Below are positions 50,181 to 64,000 of a stretch of 64,000 nucleotides of DNA, piece after piece (positions within the stretch are counted from its first letter, which is position 1; every line of letters begins with the position of its first letter). This DNA is from the human T2T-CHM13v2.0 reference genome, Homo sapiens. A program made the translations under genes and the position numbers. Below the pieces are notes generated by a model that did no database searches, was not told where the DNA came from, and saw only the letters and a list, made by a program, of their open reading frames with translations. The DNA lies in assembly GCF_009914755.1 (NCBI RefSeq), contig NC_060928.1. The stretch is one strand, 5' to 3'.

Positions 50181-51874
50181 CTACCTTTTTTGGGGAGAAA
50201 AAGTGTCTGAAATTAGGACTTGCTTGTGCAATTTAGAACTGAGAAGAGAGAATTGGATCTTGAGGTTTGCAAGGCAGATATCCTTCCTTCTGCCTCCAAA
50301 GGGATGCCTACTTGAATTACTAAGGTAGGGTTACCAAGCTGCTTGCAAGCAGCAAGGCATTCATTCTACCTACCAATTTTGGTCAGAATCAATGCCTCTG
50401 CAAACTAGCTGGTGCTCCACTGTGAAAGAAACCTTTTAAGAATTAGGATGTATTAACAAAAGCATAGGTAGGGGTTAGCCATACAGCTAGCCAAATTCGA
50501 AAAAATTCAGTTATTCAGAATAGGTCATTCTGCAAAAGTGCTAAAGTGAAGAGTGAGCTTGAAGAGTAAAAAAAAAAAAAGCAAATGCTGAAGAGGAGAA
50601 TATTTTAAAATCTTAAAGGAGCAAGTTATAGTAAGAAATTCAAGGTATAAGAGAAAAGCAAGCTTTGTGAGTTCTTAAGACACATGTGTAGGACAGATAA
50701 TACTGGGGGGAAAGAGATAAAAAGGCAAAGAACGATAGATGTCAAGTAGGACTGGGTCCTCAGAAGGTTGAATCTGGGACTAGAGTCCAGGGAATCCCTC
50801 CTCAGCTGATTCTGATGGTGCTGCAGGTGGGAGGTGGTGATCCTGTGGACACTCTGTGGTGTGTGTACAAAAGGCAAGGGGGTGGAGGACCATCTGATTT
50901 CATTAAGCAGTCCTTCTTTCTCTAGAAAGTTATGATTTCCTTCTCTGTAAATCCCATTTCTCAAAAGCTTCTGATCTCCTCTTCTGAATCTCTTAGTGAT
51001 TCTTTACTGAAGTTGTACTTCTGGCCCACAGAAACAGTTTTTTTTTTTTTTTTTTTTTTTTATACTTTAAGTTTTAGGGTACATGTGCACAATGTGCTGG
51101 TTAGTTACATACGTATACATGTGCAATGCTGGTGCGCTGCACCCTCTAACTCATCATTTAGCATTAGGTATATCTCCCAATGCTATCCCTCCCCACTCCC
51201 CCCACCCCACAACAGTCACCAGAGTGTGATGTTCCCCTTCCTGTGTCCATGTGTTCTCATTGTTCAATTCCCACCTATGAGTGAGAATATGCGGTGTTTG
51301 GTTTTTTGTTCTTGAGATAGTTTACTGATAATGATGATTTCCAATTTCATCCATGTCCCTACAAAGGACATGAACTCATCATTTTTTTATGGCTGCATAG
51401 TATTCCATCGTGTATATGTGCCACATTTTCTTAATCCAGTCTATCATTGTTGGACATTTGGGTTGGTTCCAAGTCTTTGCTATTATGAATAATGCCGCAA
51501 TAAACATACGTGTGCATGTGTCTTTATAGCAGCATGATTTATAGTCCTTTGGGTATATACCCAGTAATGGGATGGCTGGGTCAAATGGTATTTCTAGTTC
51601 TAGATCCCTGAGGAATCGCCACACTGACTTCCACAATGGGTGAACTAGTTTACAGTCCCACCAACAGTGTAAAAGTGTTCCTGTTTCTCCACATCCTCTC
51701 CAGCACCTGCTGTTTCCTGACTTTTAATGATTGCCATTCTAACTGGTGTGAGATGGTATCTCATTGTGGTTTTGATTTGCATTTCTCTGATGGCCAGTGA
51801 TGATGAGCATTTTTTCATGTGTCTTTTGGCTGCATAAATGTCTTCTTTTGAGAAGTGTCTGTTCATGTCCTTCA

Positions 51875-52060
<186 letters not shown>

Positions 52061-52063
52061 CTA

Positions 52064-54918
<2,855 letters not shown>

Positions 54919-56474
54919 CTATCCTTTTATATTGAGCCTATGTGTGTCTCTGCACATGAGATGGGTTTCCTGAATATAGCACACTGATGGGTCCTGACTC
55001 TTTATCCAATTTGCCAGTCTGTGTCTTTTAATTGGAGCATTTAGTCCATTTACATTTAAAGTTAATATTGTTATGTGTGAATTTGATCCTGTCATTATGA
55101 TGTTAGCTGCTTATTTTGCTCATTAGTTGATGCAGTTTCCTCTTAGTCTCGATGGTCTTTACATTTTGGCATGATTTTGCAGTGGCTGGTACCGGTTGTT
55201 CCTTTCCATGTTTAGCGCTTCCTTCAGGAGCTCTTTTATGGTAGGCCTGGTGGTGACAAAATCTCTCAGCATTTGCTTGTCTCTAAAGGATTTTATTTCT
55301 TCTTCACTTATGAAGGTTAGTTTGGCTAGATATGAAATTCTGGGTTGAAAATTCTTTTCTTTAAGAATGTTGAATATTGGCCCCTACTCTCTTCTGGCTT
55401 GTAGAGTTTCGGCCAAGAGATCCGCTGTTAGTCTGATGGGCTTCCCTTTGAGGGTAACCCGACCTTTCTCTCTGGCTGCCCTTAACATTTTTTCCTTCAT
55501 TTCAACTTTGGTGAATCTGACAATTATGCGTCTTGGAGTTGCTCTTCTCGAGGAGTATCTTTGTGGCGTTCTCTGTGTTTCCTGAATCTGAATGTTGGCC
55601 TGCCTTGCTAGATTGGGGAAGTTCTCCTGGATAATATCCTGCAGAGTGTTTTCCAACTTGGTTCCATTCTCCCCGTCACTTTCAGGTACACCAATCAGAT
55701 GTAGATTTGGTCTTTTCACATAGTCCCATATTTCTTGGAGGCTTTGCTCATTTCTTTTTATTCTTTTTTCTCTAAACTTCCCTTCTCGCTTCATTTCATT
55801 CATTTCATCTTCCATCGCTGATACCCTTTCTTCCAGTTGATCGCATCGGCTCCTGAGGCTTCTGCATTCTTCACGTAGTTCTCGAGCCTTGGTTTTCAGC
55901 TCCATCAGCTCCTTTAAGCACTTCTCTGTATTGGTTATTCTAGTTATACATTCTTCTAAATTTTTTTTTCAAAGTTTTCAACTTCTTTGCGTTTGGTTTG
56001 AATGTCCTCCTGTAGCTTGGAGTAATTTGATTGTCTGAAGCCTTCTTCTTTCAGCTCGTCAAAGTCATTCTCCATCCAGCTTTGTTCCGTTGCTGGTGAG
56101 GAACTGCGTTCCTTTGGAGGAGGAGAGGCACTCTGCTTTTTAGAGTTTCCAGTTTTTCTGCTCTGTTTTTTCCCCATCTTCGTGGTTTTATCTACTTTTG
56201 GTCTTTGATGATGGTGATGAACAGATGGGTTTTTGGTGTGGATGTCCTTTCTGTTTGTTAGTTTTCCTTCTAACAGACAGGACCCTCAGCTTCAGGTCTG
56301 TTGGAGTACCCGGCACTGTGAGGTGTCAGTCTGCCCCTGCTGGGGGGTGCCTCCTAGTTAGGCTGCTCGGGGGTCAGAGGTCAGGGACCCACTTGAGGAG
56401 GCAGTCTGCCAGTTTTCAGATCTCAAGCTGCGTGCTGGGAGAACCACTGCTGTCTTCAAAGCTGTCAGACAGGG

Positions 56475-56675
56475 ACATTTAAGTCTGCAGAGGTTATTGC
56501 TGTCTTTTGTTTGTCTGTGCCCTGCCCCCAGAGGTGGAGCCTATAGAGGCAGGCAGGCCTCCTTGAACTGTGGTGGGGTCCACCCAGTTGGAGCTTCCTG
56601 GCTGCTTTGTTTACCTAAGCAAGCCTGGGCAATGGCGGGCGCCCCTCCCCCAGCCTTGCTGCCGCCTTGCAGTTT
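56475..56675 (+). promoter_or_regulatory. Predicted L1 antisense promoter region, co-directional with FRAS1
   Basis: Corresponds to about nt 400-600 of the L1 5'UTR, where the primate L1 antisense promoter maps. Activity at this locus is not shown by the sequence. Confidence 0.55.
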
Positions 56676-56931
56676 GATCTCACCTAGCAATCAGCGAGAC
56701 TCCGTGGGCGTAGGACTCTCCGAGCCAGGTGCCGGATTTAATCTCCTGGTGCGCCGTTTTTTAAGCCCGTCGGAAAAGCGCAGTATTCGGGTGGGAGTGA
56801 CCCGATTTTCCAGGTGCCGTCTGTCACCCCTTTCTTTCACTAGGAAGGGGAACTCCCTGACCCCTTGCGCTTCCCAGGTGAGGCAATGCCTCGCCCTGCT
56901 TCGGCTGGCGCATGGTGCGTGCACCCACTGA
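56632..56931 (+). CDS. L1 ORF0-like open frame (99 aa, MAGAPPPALLPPCSLISPSNQRDSVGVGLSEPG...)
   Basis: GCAATGG Kozak context; N-terminus matches primate L1 ORF0 with a 9-bp in-frame deletion; no stop until 56929-56931. Translation unproven. Confidence 0.55.
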   Translation: MAGAPPPALLPPCSLISPSNQRDSVGVGLSEPGAGFNLLVRRFLSPSEKRSIRVGVTRFSRCRLSPLSFTRKGNSLTPCASQVRQCLALLRLAHGACTH

Positions 56932-57257
56932 CCTGCGCCCACTGTCTGGCATTCCTTAGTGAGATGAACCCGGTACCTCAGATGGAAATGCAGAAATCAC
57001 CCGTCTTCTGCGTTGCTCACGTTGGGAGCTGTAGGCCGGAGCTGTTCCTATTCGGCCATCTTGGCTCCTCCCCCCAGAAACGGTTTCTTGAAGAAGAGGG
57101 TGTTGTGTTTGTCCTGAGGTGTACATGTGTCAATAGCAGTTTAGGAACTAAGGAACCAACTGACATCCTCCTTGTGTATTCTAAAATATTTAAAAGAAAA
57201 ATGATGACCAGTCCTTTCTGCCGTAGATTACTCACTGATTTTGCTATTCGTCTGCAG

Positions 57258-57401
57258 TCTGCCATGAGTCCTGTGCAGGTTGCTGGGGCCCAACGGAGAA
57301 GCACTGCTTGGCCTGCAGAGATCCCCTCCACGTGCTGAGAGATGGCGGCTGTGAGAGCAGCTGTGGAAAAGGCTTCTACAACAGGCAGGGCACCTGTAGC
57401 G
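57258..57401 (+). CDS. FRAS1: FRAS1 exon 15 (144 nt, phase 1-1), furin-like repeat (V)CHESCAGCWGP...GFYNRQGTCS
   Basis: Acceptor tcgtctgcag; donor GCG|GTGAGT; furin-like pattern. Confidence 0.96.
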
Positions 57402-58060
57402 GTGAGTGCTGGGTTGCGATGCTGACGTGTCCTTTCCTTTTTCTTTTCCAGCATCTCTTGTTGTATTCAAATCATAGCACATTACCAATGTTTCTTTTAC
57501 TCAACATATATGTGAATAGCTGCTGAGATTAATCTTTGATTTAGATGTGCATAACACACTTTCCATCAGTGGTATTCCTCTTAATTGCCCCACCAGTCTG
57601 CTAGGGTTGGGGTGCTCATTCTAGCCTTGTCCCGCAGATGAAGATAGTGAGGCCCAGGTGGCCTGCTCAAGACCCACAGCTGGAGGGAAAGGAGCTGGGC
57701 TCCCACCCAGGCTTTCCTTTCCCCAGATCCCAAACTCTCTACCAACACCAGACTGCCTTCCAAATGTACATGGGGACAAAGAGACTATTAGGCCAGCTGA
57801 GGGCAGACCCGCCTTTGGTGTTGGTGCCACTGACTTAAAGCTGAGCAGTTATTATCCATTCTACCTTAACACCCATGGCCATAACAATGAGAGTTAACCC
57901 AGCTTAGCACTTCCTTGAACCAGGCACGGTTCCAAGTGCTTTATAAATATTAACCCACTGAGAGGCAGAAAAGTCAGGAGGAAAAGCATGGCTTTCGGCA
58001 CATTAGTCAATCTCTGTGCATGTCAATTCCCACTTGTGAAACGGGGATAATAGTAGCACC

Positions 58061-58547
58061 TGTGGAAGACACAATAATGGGCTCCCAATGATGCCCTTGT
58101 CCTAATCCGTGGAACTGTCATGTGTTCCCTTGAATGGCAAAGAGGACTCTGTAGGTGTGATTAAGTTAAGGATCTTGATGTGAGGATATTATCCTGGATT
58201 ATCTGGGTAAGCCCCATGCAATCAATCACAAGAGTCCTTATATGAGGGAGGCAACAGAGTCGAGTCAGAAAAGTAGAATCGAGGATGGACCAGAGGTCGG
58301 AGTGATAGAGTGAAGCAAGGAAAATGCCATAAGCATGCAGGTGACTTTTAGAATCTGGGAAAAGGCAAGGAAACAGATTCCACCCCTGGAGCGTCCAGGC
58401 AAGGAACAGATTCTACCCCTAAAGCTTCCAGAAGGAACTTTGATTCTAGAACTTCTAACTTCTAGAACTATAAGATGATAAGTCTGTGTTGTTTTAAGCC
58501 AAAGAGTTTATGGTAATTTGCTACAGCAGCAATAGAAAATGAATACA
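58061..58547 (+). mobile_element. MLT1D-like MaLR solo LTR nested in a MIR
   Basis: tgtggaagacacaataatgg...gtgattaagttaaggatcttg...gtaatttgctacagcagcaatagaaaatgaataca; MIR sequence resumes on both sides. Confidence 0.85.
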
Positions 58548-58639
58548 CCCCCAACTCAGAAGGCTGTTGAGAGATCGAGTTAAGATACGCAAAGCACTTA
58601 GGATAGTGCCTGGGACATAGTAAGCATTCTATCAGTGTT

Positions 58640-58820
58640 TGGTGTTTAATCCTCACAATTTCATGAGGTAGATATAACCATTCTCATTTTCCAGATAGGA
58701 AACAGAGAGGGTAAGAAACTTGCTTAAGGTCACACAGCTAATAAGGGGCAGAGTTGGGATTCCAGCTTAGATCTTCTGGCTCTGGGCCTTAACTGCCTGT
58801 GAACCACTCTACTGCTGATT
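58640..58820 (-). mobile_element. MIR
   Basis: tttaatcctcacaa...atgaggtag...ggaaacagag...acttgcttaaggtcacacagcta. Confidence 0.8.
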
Positions 58821-61369
58821 ATAATGTGGTATTTCCTTATGCACCTCTGCCTATTTTTTTTTATTTTCCTTTTCATTATCCTTTCCCCCTTTCCACTTCT
58901 TCACCTTCTTCTGTGTCTTCTGTCAGCCTTTAGATGAGCTGGCTACCCCTGTGGACATTGCCAGGTCTGCAGGCATCCTGACAGTAAATGAAAGGTTTGA
59001 ATTGAGTTTACTTTGATGGTCATACCTATAGAGAGGCCAGGAGGACTTTTTTTTTCATAGCTAAGTCCACCAAATCAATAAAAATGTGTAGCTCATAAAA
59101 CTTTCTTGAGTTATCGTCCTCATTTTGTTCACTGAGCAGGGCAACAGCAAAAATGAGATGATTTTAGGGACTTGACAAATCCACTTGTCTTAGAGAAGAG
59201 AGCTAGCCCTTGGGAGCTGCTTGCTTAAAACTGTGCAGGGATCCATCAGTATTGCCAGTATGAAAAATCTCTCTTGGTATCAATGAGTCACAGGTGGCTT
59301 TTGTGTGGATTCAGGAGAGAATAAGGAAAGAAAGGCCAGGCTGCCATTAGCCTGAGCATGTTAATCTTTTTCTGCCAGCATCACTTTCCTGCTCAGTTAA
59401 GCCAGATGTATTCTCTAAAGGTCGACAGATGTCAAATTTGCACTAATCCAAGGGCCTAAAGGCATTTACCCTTTAAGTCCCCTGGGATGCTGGTTACTGT
59501 CACTGATGGAGGAACGGTGACCCTGACCTGCCACTGAGACTCTACATTATCTGGATTGAGAAGACAACTTTTGCTGGAGAAGTGGTGTATTTAAAAAGAG
59601 GAATAGTTAATGCGAGACTGGAGGCTGTAAGAGGTGGGAATCTGCTTTATCTGTACACATTTTGAAAAACATCTCAAAGAAACTTCCAGGCAGGAGGATG
59701 GATCATAGCTGACATTAGTCAACCAATGAATCAACAGATCTACAAGTAATTACTAAACACGTCATGTGCTTAGCCTGATGCAAGAGTTGGTGATGCCACT
59801 GGTGTTGACCAACAGGCCTTTTAATACACAAAACTGGAGCTTACGCGTTTTATAAAATTGTTACTATTCTCCAAGTTTGTTTCAAAATGACTTCAGAAAT
59901 GTTCACAGAAATATGTTCTAAAACAACAGTGAACCAACTCACTGATTGGTATCGGAATGTTAATTAAGACGTCAGATGCTGATAATGCTGACTTATTTCC
60001 ATTTCAGATTAATACTATTCAAGATAAAGACCGGCTGGTGTGGGTTTAACAATTTATAACCTACCAGCCCGTATCTGTAGAAATCTCAAAGTCAAGTACT
60101 TAGAAAAAACCAGCATAGCCTGTTATGAAGGGTGGTATGCCCTGGCTGAAAGATCTTACAGTAACCAGGTTCACCTGTGGTACGTGTATTGCGTTCAACA
60201 AATATTAGATATAAAGAGTGGGGCAATTCAAAGGAGGAAACCTCCTCATTCTTTTAAGTATTTATGCCATTATGAAGGGCTTTTCGGGCTGCAGCTAACA
60301 TAATAAATCAAAGCATAATAAATCAGAGGTTTCTGTTAGTCATTCCCTCTCTTTTTTTTCCTTTCTCTTTCTTCCCTCCTTTTTTCTTTCTCCCTTTTTT
60401 TAATCTTCATTTCTCTTTTGCACCCATGCAACCATTTTTTAAAATCTTTTTATTTTTATGAGCTTATCTAACTGGGTATTTTTATTTTGAGCGCATATGT
60501 ATTTAATTTTCTTGAGATGTTACAAAGTGCATGCTGTTTCCTTCTTTTCTCACTCAGCAGTACATTTTTAACATGCACCACGTTGTTCTCTCCCCTAGCC
60601 CTTCACTTCTCACTGCTATGTAGCACTCCCTGGTGTGCCCCCGTCATATTACCCATCCACGCTCCCAGTGTTGGACTCCCTCCTTTTTCTCCATCTGCAT
60701 CACTAGAGAGCACCAGGGAACAGCCTCAAATGTGTTCCTTTGTAAAGCTCTAGAGGGAGTTTCCTGGGATTTATACCCAGGAGCAGAATGGCTGGTTTTT
60801 TGACTCTGCATATTCTTCATTTGACCAAGTAGTGCCGGGTTACTTGCCAGAATGGCTGTGCAATCTATATTCCCAAGCATAAGGGTTCACTCATCTCCAC
60901 ATCCTTGCCACCACTTGGCATGATCAAGATTCTGATTTTTTCTGGTCAAGAGGTGTAAAGAGTCAACCCATTAAATTTGCCTATTTCTGATGATTAATGA
61001 GTTTGAGTATATCTTCAACTCCTGTTGGTCTTGAAGTTTCCTATTCTATAGATTTCTTTTTAAATGTGCTTTTCCCATTGCTCTATTGGCCTTGCCTCCT
61101 TTTATGGTGTTCATTTTATGGAGTTTCCTTGTATGTTATAGATAGTAGCCTTTTTTCAGTTTTAAATATGCAAATTTTCTCACTCTGTTGTCTTTTAACT
61201 TTGAATATAATGCCTTTGTTAAACAATAATCTTTGATTCATTATTTTTTGCTTTAAGGTTTTGCTTTTGAATTTTTAATAAGACCTTTGCTAAGGTTCAA
61301 AAATAAATTAATCTCTCTTCTATTAATTTGATGTTTTATCTTAACTTAGGTTGTCGAGCCATCTGAAGT

Positions 61370-61371
<2 letters not shown>

Positions 61372-61408
<37 letters not shown>
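61372..61408. repeat. (TA)n microsatellite
   Basis: Directly visible. Confidence 0.93.
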
Positions 61409-61411
<3 letters not shown>

Positions 61412-61752
61412 GTTTAAGTAGGGTCCCATTTGATTTTTTTCCATTTCACGATCCAGTTTTCCCAACATTGTTTAGTAATTCAGCCTAGCCTTCCTTATTT
61501 CTCTTTATTGTATATTAAATTTCCATATACACATAGTTCTGTCTGAGCTATAAGATATAGAAATTTCTAAATTTCCATAGTCTAAATTTCTGTTCTTGTA
61601 CCACTATCAAACTTTTTTTCATTAATTTCTATGGCTTTGTAGTATGTCTCAATATCTGATTGGGAAAATTCCCTTTCTTTCCTTTTCAAAGTTGACTTAG
61701 CTATTCATAAGCTTTAGAGCACATTTACTGAATTCTTAAGAAAACTCAACTG

Positions 61753-62051
61753 GGTCTGGGTGTGGTGGCTCACACCTATAATCCCAGCACTTTGAAAAGG
61801 CCAAGGCAAGAGGATCTCTTGAGCTCAGGAGTTCGAGACCAGGCTGGGCAATATAGTGAGACCTCATCTCTACTAAAAATAAAAAAAAAAAATTAGCCAG
61901 GTGTGGTGATGTGTGCCTGTAGTCCTAGTTCCTCTGGAAGCTGAGGCAGGAGAATCACTTGAGCCTGAGAGATTGAAGCAGCAGTGAGCCATGATCGTGC
62001 TGCTGCACTCCAGCTTGGGTGACAGAGTGAGACCCTGTCTGAAAGAAAGAA

Positions 62052-62084
<33 letters not shown>

Positions 62085-62108
62085 GAAAGAAAGAAAGAAA
62101 GAAAGAAA
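61753..62108 (+). mobile_element. AluJ-type element with (GAAA)n/(GA)n tail
   Basis: Full dimer with cttgagctcagg and gaccctgtct J-type features. Confidence 0.9.
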
Positions 62109-62849
62109 GCTCATCAACTGGAATTTTTATTGATATTACATTGGAGTTATAGATTAGTTTGGGAAGAAATTACATCTTCCTAATAATTTTATTTAGATTT
62201 ACAAATTTCCCTCTGGGTGTAACTTTAGGTGTGTCTTAAAATGTTTGATATGCAATGCTTTTATTGTTGGTCAATTCTAATTTCCAAAAATTGCTGCAAT
62301 TTTTCATTTCTTGGAAATTGCATTTAGCTTTTAGATTACTCACTTCTGTTGAGATGTCAGTTCTAGAATTAGAAACCTCAGGAGGTTTTGTGGCATGTGG
62401 GAGGGAAGAATGCTTTTCAGATTCATTTTCATTTCTTTGTTCCAGTCCTGAGTTCAGGGGTGATTTTCTTTTTCCCTGATATTAAGGCCATTGCCATAGC
62501 CCATTCTCTTACTCTACACATTTGCCTGTGAACAGATGCTGGATTCTCCAGGATGCGAGATGGGACATTTGGCCCCATCATTTAGCGTCTTTTTTCTTAT
62601 GTTCTCAAAATATTTTTCAGGAGGTTAGCAGGGTGTAGATCGATTAAGGGAACAGACAGAATAAATCTCAGCAGTTCTCTATTTTTGAAACATTGATTCT
62701 CTGTAGCAGGAAGGTTTGCTTTTTTTATTTTTAAAGACATTAGCCAACCAGCGTAGAAAAGATTGAGTCACAGACTTGCCTGTGACTGCACTCTTCCTCA
62801 CCTCCTTCCACCCTTCATAAGGAGGCCTTTCTCTGCTCTGTTCAAAGCC

Positions 62850-64000
62850 AGTCTCTCAACTGTATTTTTGAATATGCATCCCTCTTTTCTCTTAGATATT
62901 CTTTCAGCAATCATTCAAACTTTTCTTTTTAAAAATTCTTTCCAGTTTCTATAATTGCCTTGATTTTTTACAATATAAGAAAGACAAAACAACCTTTTCC
63001 CCTTTCAATTATTTGTTTCCCTGTTGCCTTCTGTTCTCAGCCTGAGTCCTTTAAAGGAACAGTTTATAATCATAGCCTTCACTTTCATTTGGTCTAATGA
63101 CTCCACTGAAATGTGTGGCACAGGACACCCACAGCCTGGTTCCTAAGTATAGTGAAACTTTTCAGATGTTATTTGTCCTCTCTGCACCTGTCATGACTTT
63201 CTTTTGGAAACCTTTTTCCTCCTTTGACTTCTCAGTCACCATGCTCTTTTTTCTCTCCCTTATCTTTGGATCATTTCTTCTTGGTCACCTGTACTAGTTT
63301 TTTTTTCTTCTTCTTCTTCTTTTCTTAAATGCTGATGCTACCCAGGTCCTTGCCCACTTCTGTCTTGTCCTGCATACTTTTCCTGAATCACTCAACTAAT
63401 TTTTAGTTTCAACAATTGCTTGTATATGATGACCCCATACCTCTCCCACGAGCTCCAGAACTGTAAGTTACATTACTCCCTGGATTGTGCATGTTCCAAA
63501 CTGAGCTCATGGCACTCCCCCACACCTATTCTTTCTTGTACTCTGTGAGCGACATCACTTGTCCCCCAAGACAGGCCCCTGGAAGCCATGTGAGATGGTT
63601 TTTTCTTCACTGCTCTCAAATCTCTCACAACCTCCACGGCTCTAATTCAACCCTTAATCATCTTGATTCATGCTCCTTGCCATGGTCTTCCAATGCGGTT
63701 TCCAACTCTCCTCTTTACCCTCCAAACTGAGGCCAAAATGATCTTTCTTAGATACAAATACAGCCATGTTTCTACTGTGTTTAGAATTGCAGGGGTTCAA
63801 TCTCATTGCCTTTCCTAGGATGAAAATCTAGACAACAGAGTCAGGCCATAGGTTTCTATAATCTGGACTTCCCATTTTTCCAGCCAAATGAAACTACTGT
63901 TTTCCTGGGCAGCCTAGTCTCCTCCCAGGTTCTGAGCCTTGGCTTACTTTGCTGCCTCAGCCTGGAGTACATTCCCTTCAGCCTGACATGGTCCTACTGC
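62850..64000 (+). mobile_element. L2 internal/3' fragment
   Basis: tatatgatgacccc...gagctccaga...atgttccaaactgagctc...aaaatgatctttctta. Boundaries approximate. Confidence 0.65.

Larger units (their letters stand above)
60460..62300 (-). mobile_element. Old L1M(C/E) 3' region, interrupted by (TA)n and an Alu
   Basis: ggatttatacccaggagcagaatggctgg...atctatattccc...tccacatccttgccaccacttgg...tccagttttcccaacattg. Confidence 0.7.

Noticed and set aside
57017-57454. 145-aa antisense ORF across exon 15 and overlapping ORFs around exon 9
   Set aside because: Shadow frames of GC-rich coding sequence with no independent splice or domain evidence.

Overview
Primate (most likely human) genomic DNA covering the N-terminal coding part of FRAS1 on the + strand. 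Eleven GT-AG exons (160, 134, 84, 102, 192, 90, 36, 148, 144, 135 and 144 nt; 1369 nt in total) splice into one open frame. It encodes five VWC (chordin-like) repeats and the first three furin-like cysteine-rich repeats. The exon sizes match my recollection of FRAS1 exons 5-15, so exon numbers are from memory. The introns are rich in transposable elements: three antisense L1PA elements (one 5'-truncated, two full-length, all ORF-disrupted), a MER11 solo LTR with a perfect 6-bp TSD, other LTRs, eight Alus, MIR/L2 and DNA-transposon fossils. No RNA genes, CRISPR arrays or prokaryotic systems are visible. Most interesting candidates, all untested: (1) a full-length L1PA3-like element 183 bp upstream of exon 15 whose antisense promoter, ORF0 and splice donors could give in-frame L1-FRAS1 fusion transcripts, together with antisense poly(A) signals (gene-breaking layout); (2) a 36-nt microexon flanked by UGCAUG motifs that equals the 12-residue excess in one VWC repeat; (3) pre- and post-ZNF93-escape L1 5'UTRs in the same gene; (4) short 3' transductions, a two-Alu cassette inside one TSD, and template-switch scars.
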